Counted from the whole stretch's first letter, positions 26,274 through 37,949 are shown. The stretch is 61,620 nt of DNA, filler included, from Platydemus manokwari (GCA_037951405.1; 5 parts of 5 records of this genome joined end to end with filler, not necessarily neighbours in it), one strand, 5' to 3'. The notes: generated from the letters alone by a model not told the origin. Numbers and translations are program-made.

Positions 26274-27262
26274 CGTCGTCTCATCCTCATGCAAAACTTG
26301 ATCATATTCACTCATGGCCACACAAAATATAATGGCTGTCACATCTTCAAAACAATGGATCCATTTTTTCCGTTCCGATCGCTGACCCCCGACATCGAAC
26401 AATTTGAAATTCATGTTTTTGAACATGAAATGGACTTCCACAATGCCAGTCGTTTTGATTCTCGTTCTGAGAATATCTTGTTCGGTTGGCATGTAATCTG
26501 ATGCGCCCAATCTGTCGATGTCGTCGAGAAAACTGTCGAGTTGTAAGAGAGAGAGAGAGAAAAAAAATCATTATTCAAATCGCATAAAAATCAGTACTAT
26601 TTCGCCGAATCATTCAATTGATATTCATTGGATCGATTGAAACATTCTTGGACCCCTGTATCAGCCCATAGACGTTTCGTCGCTTCAAGCAGTTCCTCGG
26701 AAAATGGAGCTGTATCTTCCATTGCTTGGATGACATCGGAAACGATTTTTGCATCACTCTGAAATAGAAAGATGACAACACAGTTGAAAAGCAAACAAGT
26801 TATTCATCTAATACTGATCTTTCAGGATCACCAAATGATATATTTAATGTTGTCATTGCACGAAGAATAGCTATCATTGATTGAGTTGTATTGCTATATA
26901 CAACAGGCTTATATTGTTTATTATCTTCACTAGTAAATCCGCCTTCATGAATAATCCTATGTTCATCATTTTAGCTTCAATATATCATTAAAATAACAAT
27001 CTAATTTACTTCATTTGCTTAACTATCGTACTTTTACCTGACTCACCAGCTCCTTAAACCCAAAAAACATATAAAAAACATGAAATTAATTTCAAAAACT
27101 AATTTCAAACTAATCTAAATAATTTCTAAAAAATATCTTCTTACCTAACAATAATAATTTGACATCCTTAGCAGCTTGAACACCATCTTCTTTCAATCTC
27201 TTATCAATATTTCTACTTTTATCCAACGCTTCTCGTTCATCTTTTGATAATGCACAACCCAT
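26274..27262 (-). CDS. GNAO1: Heterotrimeric G protein alpha-o subunit, 3'-partial; exons 27262-27145, 27052-27010, 26956-26815, 26758-26598, 26532-26274
   Basis: [15 protein letters not shown]|[14 protein letters not shown]|[16 protein letters not shown]..|..[10 protein letters not shown]|[56 protein letters not shown] and [11 protein letters not shown] are Go-type. Exon sizes are 118/43/142/161/259 nt. The remaining exons are lost at the contig break. Confidence 0.95.
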
Positions 27263-28539
27263 TTGAAAATAATATTTTTTTTGTCAACAATTAAAATTCC
27301 AACAAATAAAAGTTTAAAAATCGATACTCAAAAAATAATTTGAATGAATTATATAAACAAAAATAAAATCCACTTAATAACTAAACAAAAAAAATAATAT
27401 TAAATGATTCGCTGAATTAGAAAATTATAATTAACGTGTATGGCGAAAATGCAGAATGAATATTCAAAACGACTAACACCATCAACACTGTATAACAAGA
27501 TGTGTGCATCTAAATGTATCACACCTATAGAATGTGCTAACTAGCATATTCTACGGCAAATATATTGAAGTTGTGCAAATTTTTTACAATGATGTGTGAT
27601 GCTGTAAATATTGATTTGATTGAATGAATATATTTTTATTTTTAAAAAGTAACATTGCATTGTGAAAAATAATTTCAGGTAAATTAATCCATTTTAAGAC
27701 ATGGACAAGTTTATGTAATGAAGAAAATTAATAATTGAAATTATATATACAACAGGATTGAAATTTTTCAATTCGTTTGCAAGTTTTTTAAAAATATTGC
27801 CACTAAATTTAGGTTATCAATTTCTCGAATAGATTTAAAAAAATATTTTAATCCTTATTCTGATATCAAAAATTAACTTAATAAAAAAATTAATGAAAAT
27901 AATTTAATTATTTATTTTTATTTTAACTGTTATTGAAGCGCTTTTTATCATTTAAAATGGCTTAAATGTCAATTAAAATGTCGAATATCTAAATATATTA
28001 TTGATAATGTAGAATAGCGTTAAATTTAATGAAGCTGCATTATTACAAGCTTAACACATGTTGGAGATAATGTAGAAGTTATCAAGTCATCTATTACATG
28101 TAAAACAACAAGGGCAATATAATAAATTATTATTTTTATATCAATGTCCTAAGCTTATTAGAAAAAAGATGGTTTTGAAGAATAAACATTCCCTATCGAA
28201 CTCATTTACATGCCAAGCGGACAAACTGTTTTTGTCTTTCTTCATTTCCTTTTAACTCTAAGAAAAACTAGTTCTTTAATAATGTGATAAGAAAATTGGA
28301 AAATTTTTAAAAATCGTAAATCAAAGGTAACTTTTATATACATGGTAGATTGGAAGATCTTTTACATCCTTAAATCATGCGACAAGACATGCACAAAAGT
28401 AAATCAGATATTAGACCTCAATAATAAATACTTTAAATATTTTTATTTTTATATCTGGAATAAATAATAGTTTCCATTCTCAATTAGAGTAACTCAATCA
28501 AAAATAAATATAACAAAACCCATTGAACCAGTTGACTTA

Positions 28540-31116
28540 TTATTGTCGGTAATAGCATAGACAATTGTTATTGTCATAGAAGAAAGAGAATCGATTTTCC
28601 ATGAGAATTCTATTCAAACTATTGTTAGCATTGGAATACAAAGGAGTCGAGAAGGACCCGTAATTTTCTATCAATATTTCTGAATTTGGCACATACTTTG
28701 TTACTTCATATGATGCGCATAAGCATTGGTTATTATAGAGACGATTGACGAATTGCTTTAAAGATTCAAAACCAGAACAATGTAGAATGAAAAGAAATTG
28801 ATTATCTAATTCAGAATTTCTCTCCATAATAAAGGCAGTGGATTTCGAACAGGCAGTAAATTCTGTGATAAGTGAGAGAGGATTCAACCCAATGAGATTG
28901 GACTGATATCGACAAACATTGAGTATGGCAAATACAGCATTTCGACATTGACATTTTTTTTGGGTATTGAACAATTTGTCATCGATTTCTTGAATATCTT
29001 CAATCCAGAAAAGAGAACAAGTAAATGGAGAAACGAAAATATTAAGATCTCTTAAACATTTGAAGGGCTTTAAGAAAATTCGCGGAAGAATTTCAAAAGA
29101 TGTTTTCTGAATGTTGCAGTAGATACTTTGGATTCTACACATTCGAACTATTTTGCAATGGCTATTGTGTCGAATTCTGTTAATGAAGATGTGAGTAAAC
29201 CACAATGTTAAAATAAATACTGTTAATATACAGACAATATTAACAAAAATCAATGTTTTGTTTGTAACAAAGCAATCATATCTAAGATGACCCCGATAAT
29301 GTGGCCATAGTTCGATTACGTCCAATAATCCTGGCAAGATAATATTTAATGATGTCGCATCTCGTGGAAGTAAAAGTGTATAATTCTCTGCTAATTTTTT
29401 CTTTTCGACTGAAAGCTTGATAATTCTTTTGACTGCGTTTAATGAGGCGATTTTTGGAACATTTTCATATCTTCCAAACAAAGCGATACTCATAGATTTT
29501 GGGTTGTATTCAGCCCCATTAGCGCGATTTTGATGTTCCCAGCCTTTCGATTTATAAATTACTCCATCTCCTGTCACTATGAAATTATATGGAATTATAT
29601 TAAATCCCACTAGTAAATCTTGTATTTCTCTCATCTGATACGAGCAAGCTTCCTTTGTAAAACAGTTACAGAAAGGTCTTTCAGTGTCCGTTATTATTAC
29701 AAAAGGTACCGGAAAATCTGGGTATCCTAATTCTGGAAATGTAGTACTTCTAGCATACCAGTCTTCTCTGGAAAGGATTTCTAATTCCATGGAATCTCCA
29801 GAATTCATGTCGGCATTGTAAACATCACATTCTTCCATAGAACACTTCGGGAAATTGAACTCATTCACATTTGATAGCCAAAATGACTCATATCCTGTAA
29901 ACACTAGCTTCCAATTCATATTATCATATTCTGTCTCTATTGGGGATGTTTGACCACTTTTTGATATTAGACGAAATGATTGACTAATTTGACAATGAAA
30001 ATTTTCGAAGAACGTTGGCGAATTAGTATTAATAGGAGTAGAACATGAATGAATTCGATTGAGTTTACTTGGTAACTTGCCGCACTTTGAATGGTATATA
30101 TGCATTTGTTTATTATCCACTATTCGATGACAAGAGGATGATGTCAAATCATTATCTCGCGGAAAGGTTTGATTCGGAAAGCAATATGACCACACATAAG
30201 TTGTGAATTCATAATTGTTAGATGATTGTGTATCAGCACACGTTGTTTCATTATCTGATTCCAGCATACAAAATAAACTTGTCAAGCTATACCACGCTCT
30301 TCTACAATGACTATATTGCATACAATTGTCAAGACAAGCGTTATAGTTGTAGGTGTGAAAATAAAGATTCGTTTTTAAAGGCTTAGTCATTCGTTTTGAT
30401 CGATTCTCAATTACAAAATATCCTGGATCATCACCACTTCTTAAAGAACAATGTTTGGGAGGTATCGGTAACGTATAATTAGAAGCGCATTGCCAAATGT
30501 AGGTCTCGCTTGTTAAATTGAGTGACATTTTCAAATGTTCTACCGGAAATTGAATGATTAGTTCACAGGTGAATCTTTGGGAATTGTGATAATGCAGAAT
30601 ATTGATAGTTCCACAAATAGGAATTCTTAGACATTCCATCTGGCAATCATATAAATTTGCATTTGGTATTTCTCGAATTGGATCGTTTTCTCTTCTGGCA
30701 TTGAAAGACTTGTAATTTGGTTTATATTTCCAAAAACCTGGGCATCGATTTGGAACGTGCACACTCTTATTCGTATCACAGCATTCCCAGTAATAAATGA
30801 GATATGTCTTATCCATTATATTTGAATAACTGATATTTTCATACAAAAAACAAGATCTATTATCTATTCTGTATGCAGCCATGAAGCAAAACTCATCTTC
30901 GGCACAGGTATTGAAGCATGTGGCATTGTCAGGTTGGATGGAAGTGCTTAATAATTTAGCGTCCGGATTAGGAACCGAATATTGGCCTTTAGTATACACA
31001 CTTCCTAGGCATTTATTCACATTTCCCATGACACATTGATCAAATACTTTACCATCGATAACGATCGATAGAATTGAAAATAAAATGAAAATTTTGGATT
31101 TAAGAAAGATTAGCAT
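28540..31116 (-). CDS. Single-exon type I membrane receptor: signal peptide - 3x PAN/Apple-like - non-catalytic PGRP - TM - divergent TIR domain (858 aa)
   Basis: Hydrophobic N-terminus, aa ~1-22. Three CxxxC-x5-C..C modules (aa ~36-112, 125-210, 223-312). PGRP fold, aa ~446-607 (ILSREDW.AR, PVPFVII, IPYNFIVTGDGVIY..GW, YNPKSMSIALFG, WPHY). TM aa ~622-645. Cytoplasmic aa ~689-850 aligns by eye with the TLR2 TIR. PGRP and TM are high confidence; TIR is moderate. Confidence 0.85.
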   Translation of the reverse strand: MLIFLKSKIFILFSILSIVIDGKVFDQCVMGNVNKCLGSVYTKGQYSVPNPDAKLLSTSIQPDNATCFNTCAEDEFCFMAAYRIDNRSCFLYENISYSNIMDKTYLIYYWECCDTNKSVHVPNRCPGFWKYKPNYKSFNARRENDPIREIPNANLYDCQMECLRIPICGTINILHYHNSQRFTCELIIQFPVEHLKMSLNLTSETYIWQCASNYTLPIPPKHCSLRSGDDPGYFVIENRSKRMTKPLKTNLYFHTYNYNACLDNCMQYSHCRRAWYSLTSLFCMLESDNETTCADTQSSNNYEFTTYVWSYCFPNQTFPRDNDLTSSSCHRIVDNKQMHIYHSKCGKLPSKLNRIHSCSTPINTNSPTFFENFHCQISQSFRLISKSGQTSPIETEYDNMNWKLVFTGYESFWLSNVNEFNFPKCSMEECDVYNADMNSGDSMELEILSREDWYARSTTFPELGYPDFPVPFVIITDTERPFCNCFTKEACSYQMREIQDLLVGFNIIPYNFIVTGDGVIYKSKGWEHQNRANGAEYNPKSMSIALFGRYENVPKIASLNAVKRIIKLSVEKKKLAENYTLLLPRDATSLNIILPGLLDVIELWPHYRGHLRYDCFVTNKTLIFVNIVCILTVFILTLWFTHIFINRIRHNSHCKIVRMCRIQSIYCNIQKTSFEILPRIFLKPFKCLRDLNIFVSPFTCSLFWIEDIQEIDDKLFNTQKKCQCRNAVFAILNVCRYQSNLIGLNPLSLITEFTACSKSTAFIMERNSELDNQFLFILHCSGFESLKQFVNRLYNNQCLCASYEVTKYVPNSEILIENYGSFSTPLYSNANNSLNRILMENRFSFFYDNNNCLCYYRQ

Positions 31117-32615
31117 TGTTCGGAAAATGATAAATAAAGTTAATTCGAAATAAATTCAATACTTGAACTTTAACTGATCAACAACCGTTCTGTTTATGAC
31201 TTTAAATATCAACATGCTTGAATGTCATCAAAATAATTGTGGTAATATTAGAGATAATAATAATGATAAAAAGAATAAAACGAATTTGTATATTAATCTA
31301 AATATTAAAGATATCTATTAATTTCAAAACGTAAAGTAACTTATTTTGATTCTCTTCAATAAATTCGGAAAGTGTGAAACTCAGATCTAATATCTAATAA
31401 AAAATTTATGAAATCAAATCACTTGTGTTTTTCGTCACGTGTTTAATTATAATTAAGTATTATCATTCATCGAAACCAAGTGCTAGATCATTGAGAGTGT
31501 ACTGGCAATACTTTTTTCTCTCTCCATTAATATATATGAAAGTACTTTTCTAATTTATATTACCTTACTTATACTTGAGAGCTTCAGCAACAAGCATTCC
31601 GACTATTTTACCGGAGATTTGTTGAAGATTGGGGTATAAGTGACTGATGGAACAATTACATTCTCTATCAATGTATAAAATTTTCTGAATACCAAATTAA
31701 CTGAAATGTTAAACGTTATGAGGAACGTTTATTGATTCGGTCACAACAGAAATCGTAACTTAAAACTCCAATTTGGGTTAATAATAATTTATTTTAGATG
31801 TGCGAAATGTGAAAAATTGAAAACAGCAAAAAAATTTTGTAAATTGCATGGCTCAGTGCACAGACATATAACCACCACATATCCACTTTACGGATATCAA
31901 AAATATGACCAAATGAAGACAACGGAGAAATTAACAGTTATTTAGAACCGTTACTTTAACTTAATACAATGAAAAAATAAGAAAAATAATTTGCTACTTA
32001 CAATGAAGAATTTTCCAAAAGTATTTTAATCATATTCGTAGCTAAATATTCCAGTGCTTAGCGACGGTCTACTTTTGTGCTCTATTTATATATAAGGGTT
32101 GTGTTGCTCTTTTATTGATATTATATTGCTTCATCAAATACGGTATACTTTGCTTATAGCAGCTTTCATTGTCTGGTTTCTATTTTTATTTGAAGATCGA
32201 CTCAATTAATTATTTTTCGTCTGACTTATATTCTTTTAGTGATACATAAAAAGTGAATAAATAGTTCATCAAAATGTCAACTGACTACCCTCAAAAATCA
32301 CGGATCGAAACACACTTGTGACATTGTAAGACGAAGAAGTGCAACTAAGATTAGCAGAATAGACATTAATTTGGACTAGTCATTGGATACTAATATATTA
32401 CAATTCATTACAAATATCTTCGACTGTAGCGGTTAGATTTTGGAATTGTCAACTATAGCAAGCATCTGTGGACAACCATCAGAAACCATCCGAGATTAAT
32501 GAATGACTATTGAAAATAATAAATTACAATATATCAATTTTTTTACACAAATAGACATCAAAAATAAGAAATTTTATCTAAATTAAAAACACTTTATCAT
32601 TAAAAATTTTCAAAA

Positions 32616-33080
32616 CTAAAAATAACATTTGTTTTGTCACCTCAAAATTAAGATTGTTTAATCGACATCAAGGTCATAAGGAGAATTTAATCAAAATCTT
32701 AAAATAGAAGTCGTGTCATGTCCAAAAATAGAATAACCACAAATGTTAGCCAAAAATAACTTTTACTTAAAAGATACCAAAAATAGTAACACTTGACAGA
32801 ATGATACTAAAAATAGTGACATGGAGCATAAAACACGCACATGGAAATTGTATATAAATGAGTATCACCAGTGATTCCTCACACATTTTTTATTTTCAAA
32901 TTTATTCAATTTTTTATTATTACAAGAAGCTATTTTATTATTTTCAAATTCCTATTACGAGAAGTGTTTGCTATCAAGAAAATTCATTTTGTAATCAATC
33001 TATATGCCAATGAGTAAATTTTTTATTGTTTATTTAATTAATTACAGACCCGTGACTATTTCTAGCCTTCCAATCTTTTA
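32616..33080 (+). repeat. Dispersed repeat copy 2 with MEF2/CArG-like sites and a TATA box
   Basis: CTAAAAATAA 32616, CCAAAAATAG 32722 and 32777, CTAAAAATAG 32807, TATATAAAT 32851. Homologous to 289-650. Confidence 0.55.
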
Positions 33081-33909
33081 AAATAACATAAGCGTTTCCA
33101 TCTTTAGTTTCACACTTTCATATTTTACTGAGAGGCGTGCCCCACCATCTTGGGGGTACGTCCTATACTTTTGTCTCGAGGGTTCTGTACTTGTAAATTA
33201 CAATCGCATTATATATTATCTTGAGTGTAATCAAATTATTTTAATTAATCTAATAAATATATTTTGTTGCCATTCTATTGATTCTACTATAATTATCATT
33301 TATATTTTAAATATTATTTCGATTATTACCGATGATTAAACTACACCAACAACCTCATCTGTTAGAGCCCAGACATGTTAAAGATTTTAAATAAAACCTC
33401 TCTGATATATAAGTATTAATCAATATTTTTTCCAAATTGTGCAACTTAAATAAAAATCACAAATCAAAATCTTTAGCACATCGTGAATGTTCAGAATGTT
33501 GCATAAATTTAATTTTTGGAGATTTTTTCCTCATCTTCTCCGTCAGTTTCTGACTTCCAGTAATGCACTTGTGTGGTTCACGGGGATTGGTTGAAAATTT
33601 TGTTCTTTTGCGATTTTAAAGTTGTACTCTTCGATTATTTCTAAACAAAATTTAATTGCATTATAATGGTACCACGCATAGAACAATACAAGATAAAGCC
33701 TTTGACTATGGATGTACCAATCTAGCCGAAAACCGAATCCTCAATCCAATTTCCAATCCAGCATTGATTTGATATTTACAGCATTGACTATATAACTCTG
33801 GTGTTTTATATTACTTTATTATTGGTGTTTGTAAATGAATGATTTTTGTGAATAATCTTTATAAACTTTTATGATGTTGACTTTCATAAATAGTGATTAA
33901 TTCGTGCAA

Positions 33910-34660
33910 TGTAACGAAGCGGGGGAAGAAAATGAGGAATAGAGAGTGGAAAATTATTATTAATAATAAAATAAAATAACAAGAATGAATAATGAATACA
34001 ATATTTATAAAGAAATAAAGAATAAAGAATAAAAAACCGATGCCGAATAAGTAAATAATAAATAAATAATTTATAACAAATAAATAATAAAATATGTTGA
34101 CAAAAGTGAAATCCGAATAAATATTCGAGGAATGTCGACAAAATGCAAATCAATTGTCGACGGTAACAATGTTACCAAAAATAGAAGGCGGAGACCGGCA
34201 CAGCGAGGTATAAATACCGAGCTGAAAACAGAGCTGGCCACCACAATAACCACAACCATAAAATCACTAACAATCACAATCGAAAAATCACACAAGAATT
34301 CTATATTGAATTGTAGTGGATCAGTCGGAATTGCGAATCGAGAAGAAAGTCTGAAGAAGAATTCATTCAAGCTAATTATTACGAGGATTTATTTTTATTT
34401 CAATATCCATACTAGGATTCGTTTTTATTTCAATATCTGAGTAAGAAGTATTTTATTTCTTATTATCATTTTCAAGTTCATCTAACTAATCGTTCGATTT
34501 GTAAATTACTAATTATATTATCGATATTAAACATAATTGATAATTTATATGAACCGTAGTAAGGTTTAATTTTGCCAATAAACTCTCTTCTTCATCCTGC
34601 ATATCTTTCCTCCGTCCGCTTCAGACTCTGCTGGCTACTTCCTGAGGCAACGTGGCGGCT
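33910..34660 (+). mobile_element. Putative Gypsy-type 5' LTR followed by a PBS-like TGGCGGC
   Basis: Starts TGTAAC. Internal GTATAAATA (~34208) and AATAAA (~34577). Ends ..GCAACG, directly followed by TGGCGGCT (34653). No second LTR seen. Confidence 0.35.
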
Positions 34661-35789
34661 ATTTGAATCATATTTTTGTTTAAATTCTTACACTGTGCTG
34701 CCTTTTATTTCTTAAAATATATTTGTTTAAAACCAACAATTGTGTTTATTTAAGTCCGAGTTAATAACAGTAGTCAATTAATCCATAAAATTAACTCACA
34801 TAAAAATTTAAACTACATTATTGCGTATCATTCTATTGTGTTTAAGAGAATGATTAACAAATTTAATATTACAGCGTTCGAGATCAGTGTTGGGTATCAT
34901 CGAGAAGGACTAAGTCATTAACTAACCCAATAGCGAGGTCTTCATACTCGTTATTGAAGCCCCTTAAGAGCCAGTTAAAATACAAAGCCTCAACTTATTT
35001 AACAACTTTATCGTAATTCAAATCCTTCTGATAATAATAACCGAATTAGTTTGTATCTTTTTACAAATTGTACACTCGTAATCTGAACTTATAGTTATTA
35101 TAAGTCATCTTAGTAATCATTTAATACTATTGTTCGATTTCATTCCATTATCTGTTTAACATTTATTGCTTGATTTTTTATTTTGTTTTCATTCTTTAAA
35201 TACTATATTAATAATTTAATTATCTCGTCACAGTTTTCCATATTTTCTATTCTATACTATTATCAACATTATAGTACTATGATCGCCAAAAATAATTAAT
35301 ACCCATGCTCGCATTCTTAAATCAAAATCAATAACTGTAAGATACTGTTGAAAAGTGAAAAAAAATCACAAACAAAAAAATTAAATTATCAGATAATAAT
35401 CTTTCAATATCAAACTAAAGCCCGCTTAAGATGAATGATATGGATTAGCTGACAAATATTTCCGCTGTAATAAATTGTTATTATGTCTATTAAATTGTGC
35501 GCATTGTTTATATTGGATTTATCTTATGAATCATCACTTAATAATTTGAATAATTTTCATTTTCTACCAATTCAATGAAATTATTTATTTTAATCTGATC
35601 ACATTTTCATCACTTAACTAGAATGATGATTTTTCACTTCGTTAGTCTCGATGACTAATACTTTTATTAGGGTATTGTTTTCATTCGATATAATTTCTTA
35701 TATATTATTGGGTATTATAATCAACAATTTAAACCATTATCGTCCAAAATGTTACAATCTCAATCACAATCACTACAGTTAAACTTCTC

Positions 35790-36103
35790 AGGGAACTTTT
35801 GTAGGCTTATTGGGTGTGTCTGTTTGGTATCACGGTATCTTTGTTTTCCATTTGCTGAATTCGTTCGTAGATCGGCCTGCATGAAATTTCCCTCGTATCT
35901 CTTATGTTATTGGCAGATATTTGAGTTTGCTGCTATTTGTAGGTATGCCCCTGCCGATTCTTAGCTTTTAAATATGGAATAATATTAACACGAATCTAAT
36001 TGCCTGATGGCGCATGTGCTTATCGGATCTATATGTCGACCTTTTTTAGAGTTATTTCCTTGGTTCCTGTAACCATTTTGGTTGATTTGTGATCAACCCA
36101 ACA
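35790..36103 (-). mobile_element. Second, inverted copy of the TGTTGGG..CCCAACA LTR-like family
   Basis: Reverse complement begins TGTTGGGTTGATCACAAATC and aligns colinearly with 1076-1370. It may extend to TGTTGGGTATC at 34888. Confidence 0.55.
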
Positions 36104-37292
36104 ATATGAATTATTTATTTTTAACAATATCTTTTGTTGGATTTCTATATAATTATATTGTTGCGAGTTCTGGTCTTGGTCTACTATTCAACTAGACCAA
36201 GATAAATTGCAATTTCGAAGAACAACAACCAACAACAATAGTCCAATAACAAATACTAACAATCTCAAATTCCATTTCAAGTGAATATTACTTATCGAAA
36301 TTAAAAATAGCTAAATGCTTCAAAAACTGTTATTAATTTAACTGTTATAGTTTGATGGGTTTAAGATTTGATCAATAAATTTTATTGTGTTTGTAAAAAT
36401 ATGAAAAATTAGACTTGATATTGATTCGATAAATATCTGACTCCAAAATCGGTATATGATAAAACTTTGGTAGAGAACAGTTTAATTTGTAGAAAAATAA
36501 TCAAATAAATATCGAGATAATTAAAATATAATTGCAAAACAAATCATAAAACTAAGATTTATTTAACATAAACATAATTTTCTTGGGGATGCGGTGGCAC
36601 ATATCCAATACATAATGGTAATGGAACTGATTAAGAATAACAAATAAATACTGTTAATTAGATGTTAACAAATAACCAGGAATTTTATAATATGATTAGT
36701 TTTGTTGATCAGAATATTATTTGGTTATATTCAGGTAGGCCTTTTCTAAGGAGACGGCTCTTATGTCGATGACCGTTAGAGACCTTAGATATCACTACAT
36801 ACTTTAAAGTAGTTAGGGATTGACTTTCTCGTAACAATGATTTTGCGTCCAGTTTAAATTTTATTTGTACTTTAGTTGAATTGGTTTCAATATTAAGTTT
36901 CATGCAAGTAACTTTAAAATGAAATATATTTCTGTGACAAATCATGAAAATAAATGAATTTACTCTTTCTTTCGAGAAAATTTCGCTGGAAATGGAATTG
37001 ATTTGTATTTGAACAGTTCTATGAACTTATTGTAATTGACGTAATAGAGATTTATAATTGACGTTTTATCATTGTCTTTATTTCTGCACAAACAGTTCCA
37101 ACTTATAATGATTAATTAAAATTGATCGATTATTTCTTTCAATTTGAACTACTTGAAGGTACGAGTGATTTACTTGAGAAAAAATAAGAGAATCCTGTGG
37201 ATGCAAAATATAATTTTTTGTGCTTTGAGCAAATTTGTTTATTATTTCTCTGTTAATAATTCAGTGTCAAATAATTAAAAGTCTGTCTAGGC

Positions 37293-37500
37293 CAGTGATT
37301 CCCAAAGTGGTCCATATTGACCCCCAATGGTCGATGAGGACCTGCAAGGGGTCTACGTGGGTTAAACAAATTGCGGGGGGTCAATGGGAAGAATTTTTCA
37401 AAAATGGCAAAAATAGTATAATTGATACAATTCTAATATTTAAAAAATTATAGTATAGTGTCTACCCAAAACAGAAAAACATGGCAAGGGGTCCTTAAAA
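37293..37500 (+). mobile_element. hAT (Charlie-like) element left end
   Basis: CAGTGATTCCCAAAGTGG terminus preceded by GTCTAGGC, which resembles the NTCTAGAN target preference. GC-rich subterminal GGGGTC motifs. No right end identified. Confidence 0.45.
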
Positions 37501-37949
37501 CCTCCTCACGCTCTGGTAATACTTAATTTTTGAGGGTTTAAACGATCTCTCACCAACTTGCAAGAATAAAGCCTAATAACCAGTCCATAGCATTCATGGA
37601 AACATTCAAATCAATTCAAAATAAAAACAAACATCTAACAAAAATTATATAAACATAAACATCAAACAAATATTAAATGAGTTGCCGCACTGACAAACAA
37701 TCAAATAAAAACACAATGTATTCATGAACGAACATCATGAAGCAAAAACAGCCATTTGAAAAACAAATCGATAAATAAACAAACGAGTGAAAATCAATAA
37801 TAAAAAGATATCAATCAGATCAAAAACAAATAATTTAAAGGCCAATCAATAAACAAACACAATCGAATCAGTAATGATAAAAATATTTATAAACAATCAA
37901 TCAAAACCATAAACAAATCTATCTATTTACATCGAATAAAAAATCAAAT

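Noticed and set aside
28567-29052. Degenerate NACHT/P-loop reading of the receptor tail (FLFILHCSGFESL resembles LLFILDGFDEL)
   Set aside because: No Walker A motif. The TIR alignment explains three separate segments in register.
31360-31385. IRF/STAT-like motif (TTCGGAAAGTGTGAAAC) upstream of the PGRP-TIR gene
   Set aside because: Spacing is non-canonical and such a match is expected by chance in AT-rich DNA.
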